Origin: Diplonema japonicum
Taxonomy: Eukaryota > Protista > Euglenozoa: Diplonemea
NCBI GenBank assembly: GCA_964019335.1
Contig: OZ025667.1
Span: 558,001-622,000, forward strand
Direction of reading: 5' to 3'
Length of the DNA: 64,000 nt
This document shows, piece by piece, positions 10,793 through 20,876 of this stretch. The position numbers were made by a program, and so were the translations under genes. Below the pieces are notes generated by a model. It was not told the DNA's origin and searched no databases. It was given only the letters and a program-made list of their open reading frames with translations. Numbering within the stretch: position 1 is the first letter of the stretch; every line of letters begins with the position of its first letter.

Positions 10793-13495
10793 ATGTCTCT
10801 TTTTGACGAAATGTCGCTGGAGGCGAGGCTCTCGAGGGGCATGGAGCGGGTGATGCAGGTGCTCGGGGAGGCGAAGAACCCCTTGTTTGCCTCAAGCGTG
10901 CCGCATAGTTACGACGACAAATTCTTGCTATGCGAATTCATGACGAAGTGTGCAGTAAACAGCATTCTGAACGCGCTTGCAGTGATGGGGATGAACATCA
11001 AACCCAACACAGAATCGAGAGCTGCGCTGCACGTTAAAAGGAGGGAACGCTGCACCTTCGAGCGCAAGGCAACCCGTCAAGTAGAGCAGCCCACAGCGAT
11101 CCTGAAAACGAAGGGCGAAGAGACCATTAAAAAAACCATCGTCACGAATGTGACGGAGTACTTCTGGAACTTCCACGTGGAGCACAGCATCGAGCTCACC
11201 ATTGGTGAAACACGTGAAGTTCTTGCACAGAGATCGTTCACCACTACATTGATGACGCCTCACGAGGCAACGCCGTACCCCACAGACAGCGTGAAGCCAG
11301 TTCAGTCTTTTAATGTGTCCTGGCTCTTCAACCACATGAGGGAGGACCTTACAGGCGACTTCAAGATTGATCGTACGAGCCCGAAGTGCCACACCCCTGT
11401 GAGGTGTGAAGAGGTGGATGAAGCGGTGGTTTTCATGTCAGGTCTCCTGCAATGGTGCCAGACGCTGTACCGCTCTGTCGCAGACGTGATCATCGTTACG
11501 AGGCAGGAGGGTGTCGACGTGACCGGTGTTGTGAAGCATACAGACAACGTGTTTGTCCCAGTCGTGCCCTTCCTTCCGGCGAACGGTGAGCCCTTAGACA
11601 ACATGACCGTCGGCGCCTTGTGTGTCGAGCAAAAGCGCTCGCTTTCCTCCGCGCTTGAAAATATCTCCCTTATGCTTCCTGATGAAACCACCACAACCCC
11701 CTTCACCATTGCCGAGGGCCGTATCCTCCTCGCCGCCCGTCACATCGTCAATGTTGCCAGGGAGTACCGCAATGCCGTGGCCTCCATCGAGAGCTTGCTC
11801 CGGGAGCAGCTCGTTATGGCCATTGGGAAAGAAGTCACCTCTGACGACTTCACCGCCTACATGAAGTACCACCACACCAAGATATACAAAGACGCTTATA
11901 AACCGCGTGGGTTCAGCCATGCCATCAAGACGGATGGGCAGGACCACGAGGGCACCGTCACCATTTACCAGGACAAAGAGCCCATCACAACCATCTCAAA
12001 GCAGTACGCACCTCAGGAGTACATCCCTTTGAGGTTCGCTCTTGATGCTGCCAGCGAGGTGCGTATGGAGAGCAGCGTGAGAGTGCATTCGTACGTGTCA
12101 CACAAGTTCTCGACAGAGCCGCGCAGGGGACTGACACTGACCGCGTCAGCTAAGCAGTTCAGCGGTTACGTGATGATGGTGGGGAGGATCAGCAGCTCAG
12201 GTGTTTTCCTCCCAAAGCACGCGATGGTCGTGAAAAACAAGGACTACCTGGAAATACCGCTCCTGCTGGAGGAGATCCCTAGCGCTCAGAAGTTCCGTAA
12301 CACCATCCAGTCGCTGTCGCCCGAGCAGCAGGCCTTCGCGAAGGCGTACCGCGATATGCAGCTGGAGGCCACACTGTTCGGCATTGTGACTGTGCAGATC
12401 AAGCCCCACCTTGAGATACTGCTGAATCTGCCGCCCCATAGCCTGACGAAGGAAATCAAACTGACGCAGGAATTGCTCGACATGTTTATCACATACCATA
12501 TCCCCAGCGGGGTGCTCGCGTACTGCTGCGACACGTGCGAAGACGAAGAGGAGATTGCTACGTCTGTGAAGGTGCAGCAGGTAAAGGAACGTGTGAAGGA
12601 AATGAAGGAAGTACTGCGGGAGTCGAAGGAACATGAAGTGCACGAAGCCAGACTACAGGCACAAGCGCAGGACCCGTTTAACGGAGCCACGCAGTCAATG
12701 TGTCAGAGCGAAAACCCCATGTCTGGCATGTTTTACGCACAGGCGACGCACCCCACGCCAGCAGCACCCTTGGCAGTACAGATGATGCAACCTATGGCGT
12801 CTCCATCATTATTCCAACACCACCATCATCATCATCATCACCAACACCAACTACACCCACAACTACAACAAGCACAACCTTGCTTAGCCCCGGGATCGAT
12901 GGGGTTAGAGGACTTGCTGGGTGTTACTGCCGAAGAAAGCGCAGAGCCAGCACAAGCGATAGAAGAAAACGAGAAAGAGATTGGGGAGATAGGGGAGGGA
13001 GAGGAGTGTGAAGAGACTGGCGACAGTGACGTGATAGATTTAAGCAGGGTGCCGAAGGTGCTGGAGGAGAGCTTCGTAGCGTCAGGGCTGCACGACCTGT
13101 CTCCATGTATTGTGCAGACAGGGAAAACATGGGTGAAGAGAGAACAGAAAAAGCTGTTGGGTAAGCCAGTGTCCGTAATGTTGGAAGCAAAGGAGCAGCT
13201 TACTCAAACAGAGATGGCCTTTGATCTACTGGCATCGCTAACAAAATCAGGCGAATTGTGTCTAGATGCTTCCGTTGACATCCTGATGGCGCACGTCCAC
13301 AGTTTCGACGAAACCCTCATGAACACGGTCATCCAGAAAAACATCAACCCTATTCAAAAGCTGGAGCTTTCTTCCGTCACCACCTCCTCCATTCTTTATA
13401 AGAAACCCATCTTCAACTTTCTCAAGCCTTCTCAGGCCAAGCGCCTCGAGACGAATATGCTCAAAGTTCAATTTGGGTTTTTGAATGAAATGTAG
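10793..13495 (+). CDS. Hypothetical protein (900 aa) with His/Gln-rich linker
   Basis: Long ATG-initiated ORF with coding-like composition and a globular-looking core (SLSPEQQAFAKAYRDMQLEATLFG). Confidence 0.8.
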   Translation: MSLFDEMSLEARLSRGMERVMQVLGEAKNPLFASSVPHSYDDKFLLCEFMTKCAVNSILNALAVMGMNIKPNTESRAALHVKRRERCTFERKATRQVEQPTAILKTKGEETIKKTIVTNVTEYFWNFHVEHSIELTIGETREVLAQRSFTTTLMTPHEATPYPTDSVKPVQSFNVSWLFNHMREDLTGDFKIDRTSPKCHTPVRCEEVDEAVVFMSGLLQWCQTLYRSVADVIIVTRQEGVDVTGVVKHTDNVFVPVVPFLPANGEPLDNMTVGALCVEQKRSLSSALENISLMLPDETTTTPFTIAEGRILLAARHIVNVAREYRNAVASIESLLREQLVMAIGKEVTSDDFTAYMKYHHTKIYKDAYKPRGFSHAIKTDGQDHEGTVTIYQDKEPITTISKQYAPQEYIPLRFALDAASEVRMESSVRVHSYVSHKFSTEPRRGLTLTASAKQFSGYVMMVGRISSSGVFLPKHAMVVKNKDYLEIPLLLEEIPSAQKFRNTIQSLSPEQQAFAKAYRDMQLEATLFGIVTVQIKPHLEILLNLPPHSLTKEIKLTQELLDMFITYHIPSGVLAYCCDTCEDEEEIATSVKVQQVKERVKEMKEVLRESKEHEVHEARLQAQAQDPFNGATQSMCQSENPMSGMFYAQATHPTPAAPLAVQMMQPMASPSLFQHHHHHHHHQHQLHPQLQQAQPCLAPGSMGLEDLLGVTAEESAEPAQAIEENEKEIGEIGEGEECEETGDSDVIDLSRVPKVLEESFVASGLHDLSPCIVQTGKTWVKREQKKLLGKPVSVMLEAKEQLTQTEMAFDLLASLTKSGELCLDASVDILMAHVHSFDETLMNTVIQKNINPIQKLELSSVTTSSILYKKPIFNFLKPSQAKRLETNMLKVQFGFLNEM

Positions 13496-13804
13496 ATGCA
13501 GGATAAAAAGAAGAAAACCTGCCTCCCCCTTTTTTTCACACTAGCCTTTTAAGGCAGAGTTTTCATTGCTTGCCCCCCCCCCCCCCCCCTCTTTTGGACA
13601 GCGAGGGTTTGATTTTTTGTTGTTGTTGTTTTGTTATCCTGTTGATCGACTAACACGTCAATAAAGCGGCAAAAAGCTTTTTTTTTTTTTCCTCTCTTCT
13701 TTTCGGTACTAAGGAGAAGAAGAAATAGCTATTTACTGCCAACAAGTAATGACTTTACCGTTACCTCGAGGTCAGTACAGCATTACTTGGCGGTAGGTAA
13801 GTGG

Positions 13805-14429
13805 TTTTATTTCACGACACTCTGAAATTACTTCACCACGAGGGGCACAGCGGAGTGACAAGGGGTACAACAAGAGAGGGGTTACAAAGGTTACAATACA
13901 AGTTGTTTTCCCTCCTTTTGTTGACTAAGAGCTGCCACTGTCGCTGGCATTGCCACTGTCACCATCTCTAATCAGGCCTTCCCATACCTGGCGCGGCCGC
14001 TGGCTCCTTTTTTTCTGCTGCTTCGGTATTTTGAAGTCTTTTGGGGAGCTTGGGTAAGCTGACTAAGTTACCCTTACCCACAGAAGAGTTACCCCCAGAA
14101 ACTGGGAACAAGGCCTAGCCAAAAGTGGGCAAATTGGGAGGAAAAAGTAGTCCAACTTGGAACTGAGCCGAGGCAAAAGTTGGCCAATTGAGCTGAACCT
14201 GGGGGGAAATTAGCAAACTGAGAAGAAAAAGTAGCCCCACTGGGAACCGAACCGAGGCAAAAATTGGCCTACCGAGGCATATTATTTAACGGAAACCCCC
14301 TATTACTTCACGGAAAACAGACCATCATTTCACCGTGAAGTAATGAGATTTAGCGTGAAGTAATGGATTTAGCGTGAAGTAATGGGCCCCCCCCAGTGCG
14401 TGAAGTATTTTCTGAAGAGTGAAATAAAA
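13805..14429. mobile_element. MITE-like non-coding element with ~30-bp imperfect terminal inverted repeats
   Basis: Left end TTTTATTTCACgacaCTCTGAAATTACTTCAC; right end GTGAAGTATTTTCTGAAGAGTGAAATAAAA. Subterminal CGTGAAGTA(ATG) x4, and 57-bp direct repeats at 14129-14185 and 14213-14269. Confidence 0.55.
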
Positions 14430-14843
14430 AAAAAGAAGAGAAAATAATTAACCGGAGAGGTGACTATCTCTTCCTCTTTCTTTTTTTTTTCTTTTTTCCT
14501 CTCTCGAAAATTTGTCTTTCTTCCGTCCCCCCCTTGCTAGCCTTTTTTTTATTCAAATGTAATGTTGAGCAAAAAAAAAAAAAAAAAAAAAATAGAAAAA
14601 TGATAACTAGAACTTGTAATCCTTTTTTGTGCCGCAAAGCACTTTAGGGGGTTTCCCGCACTTTCTCCACAAAGTGGGGGGGAAAAAACGAAGAAAAAAA
14701 AGTTCAACCCATTATTTTTTTACCCCCCCCCCAATAACGTTTGCCTTTACAATCTATTCCATAATGCATTATTGTTTTTTTTTTTTTTTCTTCTTTTTTT
14801 TCCTCTCTCTCACTCTCTCTACCCGCTTTAGTAAGAAGTATGC

Positions 14844-15317
14844 ATGACGTGGGCGTGTGTGCCGCCCCTGCATGGGGGTGGGGCCCTCAGCCTTCAGGAG
14901 TTTCTTTCTATTGACGTGACGTTGGATAACATGAGAAAGGAGGCTGCAGCTATAATGATACAGTCTGCTTACAGAGGGCACCTGGGGAGGAGAGCAGCAG
15001 AAGTACAACGTAGGGCACACGGCATGCCACATTTAAGACACCAGGCCATGAGTGAGAATTCTGTGGCTGATACGAGCACATATGCACATCTTCGACTTTT
15101 GGTTCGCAGAACAGCAGCAGCCATCACCCTTCAACGGTGGTACAGAAGTTTGAAAAGGCAGCGTGTTCCTCGCCGTCAGATTCCCTTTAGGCGCCGTCAG
15201 CTTCCCCAAGGTTTCACCCTTCCAAGGAAAGCCCCTCGCCCCCCACAACTTAAGAAGCCCCGTAGTCATAAGTTTCATCGTCCCATTCCCATGGGCCCCA
15301 GACAGCTCTCCCTTTAA
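14844..15317 (+). CDS. Small IQ-motif protein
   Basis: AAIMIQSAYRGHLGR and AAITLQRWYR IQ motifs. Confidence 0.65.
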   Translation: MTWACVPPLHGGGALSLQEFLSIDVTLDNMRKEAAAIMIQSAYRGHLGRRAAEVQRRAHGMPHLRHQAMSENSVADTSTYAHLRLLVRRTAAAITLQRWYRSLKRQRVPRRQIPFRRRQLPQGFTLPRKAPRPPQLKKPRSHKFHRPIPMGPRQLSL

Positions 15318-15363
15318 AGGGAGAGGAATCCCATCGTTTGTGAAAAACATTCTTTTTTTTTTT

Positions 15364-17527
15364 CGGACACGCTACTGCTGGAACTGACGACGCAGCTCGA
15401 AGAAGCTCTGCTATCGGGAACGCCGATGCACGGGCTCGCGCTAGACTTTGTCAAGTGCTTCGACCGAATCCTGCGGGAAGTGGCGCTCGGGCTAATGGGG
15501 GACCTGGGACTGCATCAGAACATACTGCGCCCTCTGGAGACGATGTACGAATCCCTCAGACGGAGGTTCAAGTACCCGACAGGGGTGGGTGACGAATTTG
15601 CTACGTCGAACGGCATCCTGCAGGGGTGCCCGATCTCGGTGGTGATGGTGAACGCGCTGGTAGGGGTGATGGTGAAGGCCATCATGGCGGAGGTGCCCGG
15701 CGCTGATTCCCTGTCATACGCGGACGACGTCTACTTGATAGCAGCTCTGCTCAGCGCCCTGGAGAAGGCGGCAGCGGGGGTGTGCGAGTTCTCTCTGCTG
15801 ACAGGGATGAACCTCAACCTGAGGAAGACAGACCTGTTCACAACGGCAGAACACGGAACGGTGAAGTGCGGACGTGAGGTGCTCACGGCCAAAAAGGAGA
15901 TCAACGTCCTGGGAGTCCGGGTATGTATGGACGGCGAGCACAGGGCGAAGCCCCTTGAGGCGATGGGACGCGCTTGCGGGAGACTGGCCGCCATGCCGCT
16001 GGGGTTCACACAGAAGGCGAGGATCCTCACCAGCTCCATTCTCCCCTCCTGCCTCTACGGTGTTGCCTATGCACCCCCCTCGAAAATGGATGCGGGTACA
16101 ATCCGAGCGAGTGTTGCGACGTGCCTCTGGGGACCGAAGTTCAAGATGCGCTCGCCGTGTGCTGTTGCGAACGTCTTGCTGCCAGGGCACACGACGGACC
16201 CGCTGGTGGTGACACTTTACCGACTGCTGTGCACAGTGGTGAAGGTAGGCGGGTCGGATACGGAGCTGTGGGACCGGATGGGGAGGTGTGCCGCCCTGTA
16301 CCGGGAGTGCGATATTGAAGCCCTGGGGCCAGTGGGGACCCTGATGAGAAGATGGCTGCCGGCGATCGGGAAAGGCTGGAATTTCGTGGTGGGGCTGGGT
16401 GCCATGCCGGAACGCGAGCGCAAGCACGAGATCCGGCGGGTGGCGAGGGCCATGACGGCAGCCGAGCTAGCAGACGGGAGGGACTCCTACGACGGCATGC
16501 CGGAGGGAGCCGACCCGGACACGAACGTGTGGTGGAGGTCACTCTCGGGCAACCCAGTGGCGGCGTACCGACTGAGGAGGCTGATTGCAGGAGCGGTGTT
16601 TGCGGTCTACCCGGGAGCGCGGGGCGTGGCGCAGGAACCGAACAACCCGCTGCAGCACCTCTGCGACGTGTGTGAGGAACGGTTCGGCAGCTACACGGAG
16701 GTGCTGGAGCACGCCCTCTGGCGATGCGAGCCGGGTGTCGCGGTGCGGAGCAAGGTGGAGTACGCGAACCTGGACCCGGCAGCTATGCCGAAGGCGACGA
16801 GGCTCCATGGGGTGGTGCCCAGAGGCTGCCAAGACAAGCCAAGGGCCTTACTGGTGCAGAAGTACCTGCTGGAGGTAGTCACGCGGAGGGATGCAGCGGT
16901 GGAAGCGAACCGCGCACTGCAGACACAAGCTTACCCGTGGCGGGCGGTCGTGACGGGGAGGGCGCACCCGACGCCGACGGTGTCTGAACTACGAAGGCTG
17001 GGGGCGTCAGGAACAGTGATGGACAAGCTGCTGAGGCCGGTGCTGAGGTGGTTGGGAGGCCTGCTGTGGGATGACGCGCCTGGTCGGCACACGGCGGTGA
17101 CGACGTTAGAGCTGGCCCTCGACTTCGAGCGGGAGATGGAGCTGCCGCTGGACGACGGCGGGGAAGTGGGCAAGGTGGAGGACCTGGGCGTCAAGGCAAG
17201 GAGGCTACGGTATGTGCTGAGACGAGTCCAGGACCTGTACCACGCTGATGGCAGAGGGGTAGCGTTCCCAGCGGCGCGAGTGGAGCGCGTCAACTCCCTA
17301 CGCTGTATCGGAGGACCGACCACACACGGGTATGACAGGAGGCCAGTACTCCCGGAACGAACCATGAGTAGCATCGAAGGCTTGCGGGACAGGTACCTGT
17401 CGCAGACACCGACAAGGCTGCCCCGCAGCATGACCACCGCAGTAGGAACCCGCCAGAGCCCCCAGAACGGGGACAACGGGGACTAAGCGCAGCGCGGCCG
17501 GTGAGCGCAAAAACGCATACCTTAAAA
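15364..17527 (+). mobile_element. 5'-truncated non-LTR retrotransposon (RT onward), relative of the element at 51137
   Basis: Frame is open from ~15363 (SDTLLLELTTQLEEALL aligns with STTSALMELCTKLELAL of ORF2) to TAA 17486. Motifs LDFVKCFD, GILQGCPIS, SYADD and a CxxC...H...C knuckle. T-runs on both flanks. Confidence 0.92.
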
Positions 17528-17618
17528 GAATAGTTTTTTTTTTTTGTTTGAAATTGAATAAGAATAATATAGAGGAGAAGAAAAAAAAACCCACACACAG
17601 TTGTATCTTTAATACAAA

Positions 17619-18627
17619 ATGCCGTTCGTCAAGGTTCAGAAGAACAACTCGTACTTCAAGTGCTACCAGGTGAAGTACAGGCGCCGACGTGAGGGAAAGA
17701 CCGACTACCGTCAGCGCCGTATCTTGATCACGCAAGACAAGAACAAGTACCAGACCCCCAAGTACCGTTTGATCTGCCGTATCACGAACCGTGATGTGAT
17801 CTGCCAGGTTGCCTCGGCTGAGCTCAAGGGCGACAGGATCCACGCCTCCGCCTACGCCCACCAGCTGAAGGACTTCGGTCTTACCGTTGGTTTCTCCAAC
17901 TACAGCGCTGCCTACGCCACCGGGCTCCTCCTCGCCCGCCGTATCCTCACCCTCAAGGGCCTCGACAAGAAGTACCCTGTATGTGAAGAAATTAAAAAAA
18001 GAAGAACCACAACCACAACCACAACCACAACCACAACCACAACCACAACCACAACCACAACCACAACCACAGGGTATCGATGAGGTGACCGGTGACAACT
18101 TCGAGATCAAGGAGGACGAGAACCAGCGCCCGTTCAAGGCCCTTCTCGACATCGGTCTTGTGAAGCCCACCGTGGGTAACAAGGTGTTCGCTTGCCTGAA
18201 GGGTGCCGTGGACGGTGGCCTCTTGGTGCCCCACAGCGACAAGCGTTTCCCCGGGTACAGCGGTGGTGAGCTTGACGCTGAGATGCACCGCTCGCGCATC
18301 CTCGGTCAGCACGTGGCTGAGTGGATGGACGAGATGGAGGAGGAGGACAACGAGAAGTTCCAGAAGCACTTCAGCCAGTACCTCGCCAACGACGTGTCCT
18401 CGGACTCCATTGAGGAGATGTACCTCTCTGTGCACAAGAAGATCAGGGAGAACCCCAAGGCCGTGGACCCCGCCAAGGCGGCCGCCCAGCGCAAGAAGGA
18501 CGCGAAGAAGCCCCGCTCCTACAGGCTCAAGGCCAACACCCGCTACACCCGCCAGCAGCGCCAGCACAGGGCCAACCAGAAGATCAACAAGATCAGGCGT
18601 GGTCTGGGTCTTGAGGACCGTCAGTAG
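17619..18627 (+). CDS. RPL5: 60S ribosomal protein L5 (uL18), copy 1
   Basis: Exons 17619-17978 and 18073-18627; 94-nt GT-AG intron. Motifs [37 protein letters not shown]; 304 aa. Confidence 0.97.
18006..18071 (+). repeat. (ACCACA)11 microsatellite at the 3' end of the RPL5 intron
   Basis: Perfect hexamer array. The paralogous arrays have 9 (29057-29110), 7 (30484-30525) and 7 (31665-31706) units. Confidence 0.95.
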
Positions 18628-18706
18628 ATCAACTGAGTCGACATTTTGCATTTCAATCGCATCACAACTTCTTCAGACACTTTACTTTAGGTGAAACAAA
18701 CACAAA

Positions 18707-20491
18707 ATGGCTTCCATCAAGGCACCTGTGGCTGGCGAAGTGCACTGGGTCTGCAAGGTGGGTGATGTGATACGGAAGGGATCCCCTGTTGCCGTACTCT
18801 CCGTGATGAAGATGGAGGTACGTGTTGAGGCGAAGGAGAACTACAGTGTTAACATGGTGAAGTGCAAGGTAGGCGATATTGTGAAGGAGAGGACTGAGTT
18901 GGCTCGGGTATCTGTTGTAGAAGGAGTACCGGCACAAACAACTATGAAACAGGAGATGCCCTTCAAGGATAGAATTGAGCGCTTGAAAGCAAGGAGAGTA
19001 AAAGTGAAGGAAATGGGAGGTACGAAAAGAGTACTTAAGCAAAAGGAAAAGGGCAAGCTCAACGCACGGGACAGAATCGAGCTGTTTGCCGACAAAGGAA
19101 GCTTCAGGGAGGTGGGCAGTGCAGCCGGGAGCATCACACACAGTGTCCCGACAAAAGCGAATTCTGAGAAAGCGGTGGCAAAAGATGAGAAGACATTCAT
19201 CCCGGCTAACTTCCTGATGGGTGTCGCGAAGTTAGACTCGAGACCTGTCGTTCTGGGTGTCGACGACTTCACAATCAACGCGTCGCATTCAGGCGCAGGT
19301 GGCATCATGCTGATGAGGAAGTACATGGTGGCGGACAGGCTAGCGCAGCAGTATAAGATACCAATGATACGTGTGCTTGACGGTGCCAGCGGGGGTGGCA
19401 GCGTGAAGGCTGTTCTATCTATCGGACATTCCTACATCCCTATGGTGCCTGGCTGTAACGAAATGTTGCAGCTGGTCCAGACGGTGCCTGTCGTATCGGT
19501 GTGTGCAGGGCCTGTTATTGGTTTGGCTGCAGTCAAACTCTCTGCTTCACACTTAAGAGTGTTTGTGTCGAAGATAGCCTCAGTTGCTGTGGCAGGCACT
19601 GCAGTCGTGGAGGCCATCACCGGTGAGCCCATCACCATGGATGCCCTTGGGGGTGAGGGTGTGGTCGTGCAGTCAGGAGCTGTCGACGTCATCGTGCAAA
19701 GCGAGCAAGAGGCTGCCGCCACAGTCACACGGTTCTTATCCTATTTGCCGTCTTCAAAACACCACCCGCCGCAGAACATTGCCCCTCGTGCCCCTGCACT
19801 CTCCCCCACTACTCTGGACACCCTCATTGCAGAGGACCCCCGAGCTTCCTACAGTATCGAGACTATTCTAGGTGCCATCCTTGATGAAGACTCTGCATTT
19901 GAGATCAGCTCGTTCTACGCTCGCGAGGTGATGACCATCCTGGGTAGGGTGGACGGGGTGACCGTGGGTGTTGTGTTTGCTGGCAACCCCTCCTACGAGG
20001 GGGGCGTGCTCACGGCGAAGGCGTCCAAAAAGCTCGTTAGGTTCATCAACCTGTGTGAGACCTTCAACTTGAAGATGATCATGCTGGTAGACATGCCTGG
20101 GATATCCGCAGGCCCTAGCAGCGAGAGAGAGAACACGTTGGACGCTGCAGTGGAGCTAGCGGGCAGGCTGTACGGGCTGAAGGTACCGTCTTTTGCAGTT
20201 ATCTTGCGAAGGTGCTTTGGTGTGGGTGGTGCCATGTTCCACGATGCACCGGGGACTGAAAGGGTGGCGTGGGTCTCGGCCGATTGGGGATCGCTTCCAA
20301 CGGCAGGTGGACGCAAGGCTGCGAAGCAAGAGCAAGGCATGGCGGCTCTCATTGATTGGAAAGAACTGATGGATCCTGTCAGGACCGCAGAAGTGTTTGG
20401 GATCGAAGACATGATACTGCCAAGCAAGACACCTGCTTTGCTGAGGGAGTGGGTGCAGCTGTCCGGGCATGCTGGTGCTGCGAAGCTGTGA
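18707..20491 (+). CDS. Biotinyl-domain + acyl-CoA carboxyltransferase fusion, C-terminal AKL
   Basis: N-terminal SVMKME biotin-attachment motif. Carboxyltransferase motifs KGKLNARDRIELFAD, DDFTI, AGNP and LVDMPG. Confidence 0.88.
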   Translation: MASIKAPVAGEVHWVCKVGDVIRKGSPVAVLSVMKMEVRVEAKENYSVNMVKCKVGDIVKERTELARVSVVEGVPAQTTMKQEMPFKDRIERLKARRVKVKEMGGTKRVLKQKEKGKLNARDRIELFADKGSFREVGSAAGSITHSVPTKANSEKAVAKDEKTFIPANFLMGVAKLDSRPVVLGVDDFTINASHSGAGGIMLMRKYMVADRLAQQYKIPMIRVLDGASGGGSVKAVLSIGHSYIPMVPGCNEMLQLVQTVPVVSVCAGPVIGLAAVKLSASHLRVFVSKIASVAVAGTAVVEAITGEPITMDALGGEGVVVQSGAVDVIVQSEQEAAATVTRFLSYLPSSKHHPPQNIAPRAPALSPTTLDTLIAEDPRASYSIETILGAILDEDSAFEISSFYAREVMTILGRVDGVTVGVVFAGNPSYEGGVLTAKASKKLVRFINLCETFNLKMIMLVDMPGISAGPSSERENTLDAAVELAGRLYGLKVPSFAVILRRCFGVGGAMFHDAPGTERVAWVSADWGSLPTAGGRKAAKQEQGMAALIDWKELMDPVRTAEVFGIEDMILPSKTPALLREWVQLSGHAGAAKL

Positions 20492-20587
20492 ACTAACGTT
20501 GTTTTCCCGCGATCGACACACACCAGTGTCCATCCGGTAGTTGTTTAGAAAAGGGGAAAAAAAAAAAAAAAACCCATTGTTTCATCC

Positions 20588-20615
20588 AGGGTGGGATTTG
20601 CCCCTAAACATCACC
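20588..20615 (+). mobile_element. Isolated remnant of the LINE 3' terminus
   Basis: GTGGGATTTGCCCCTAAACATCACC matches 23/25 nt of the element end at 57992-58016 and is followed by TTT. Confidence 0.7.
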
Positions 20616-20876
20616 TTTATTACAAGTGCTCACCATGGTGGGCGATACTCGTTATGCATTTACCTGCACCTATCCTCTCCAAGTGTCTGTGATTTCCCTT
20701 ACGTTGTACACATTCTTTGGCTCTCTTGGGTAGTCGGTGGTAAGGCCGCCGACCAAAGGACAGGCACTTTCTGAAGTTATTTTCTCCATTCCCGCTTGCT
20801 GAATGACTCATCCTTTCCTTTTTTTTTTATAAAGGGAAAAATAAAACTATCACAGGTTTAGCCAACACAACAAACA

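Noticed and set aside
14330-14410. CGTGAAGTAATG repeats as a CRISPR-like array
   Set aside because: Repeats and spacers are too short, the context is eukaryotic and there are no cas genes; better explained as subterminal repeats.
17979-18083. Poly-Thr / (PQ)n peptides or a programmed frameshift in RPL5
   Set aside because: A phase-0 GT-AG intron cleanly restores canonical L5.
17298-18651. Long antisense ORFs over RPL5 (also over the CAP gene and LINE ORFs)
   Set aside because: Shadows of strong codon bias; no recognisable products.
20658-20666. ATTTACCTG as a U1 snRNA 5' end
   Set aside because: Short imperfect match with no convincing U1 stem-loops or Sm site.
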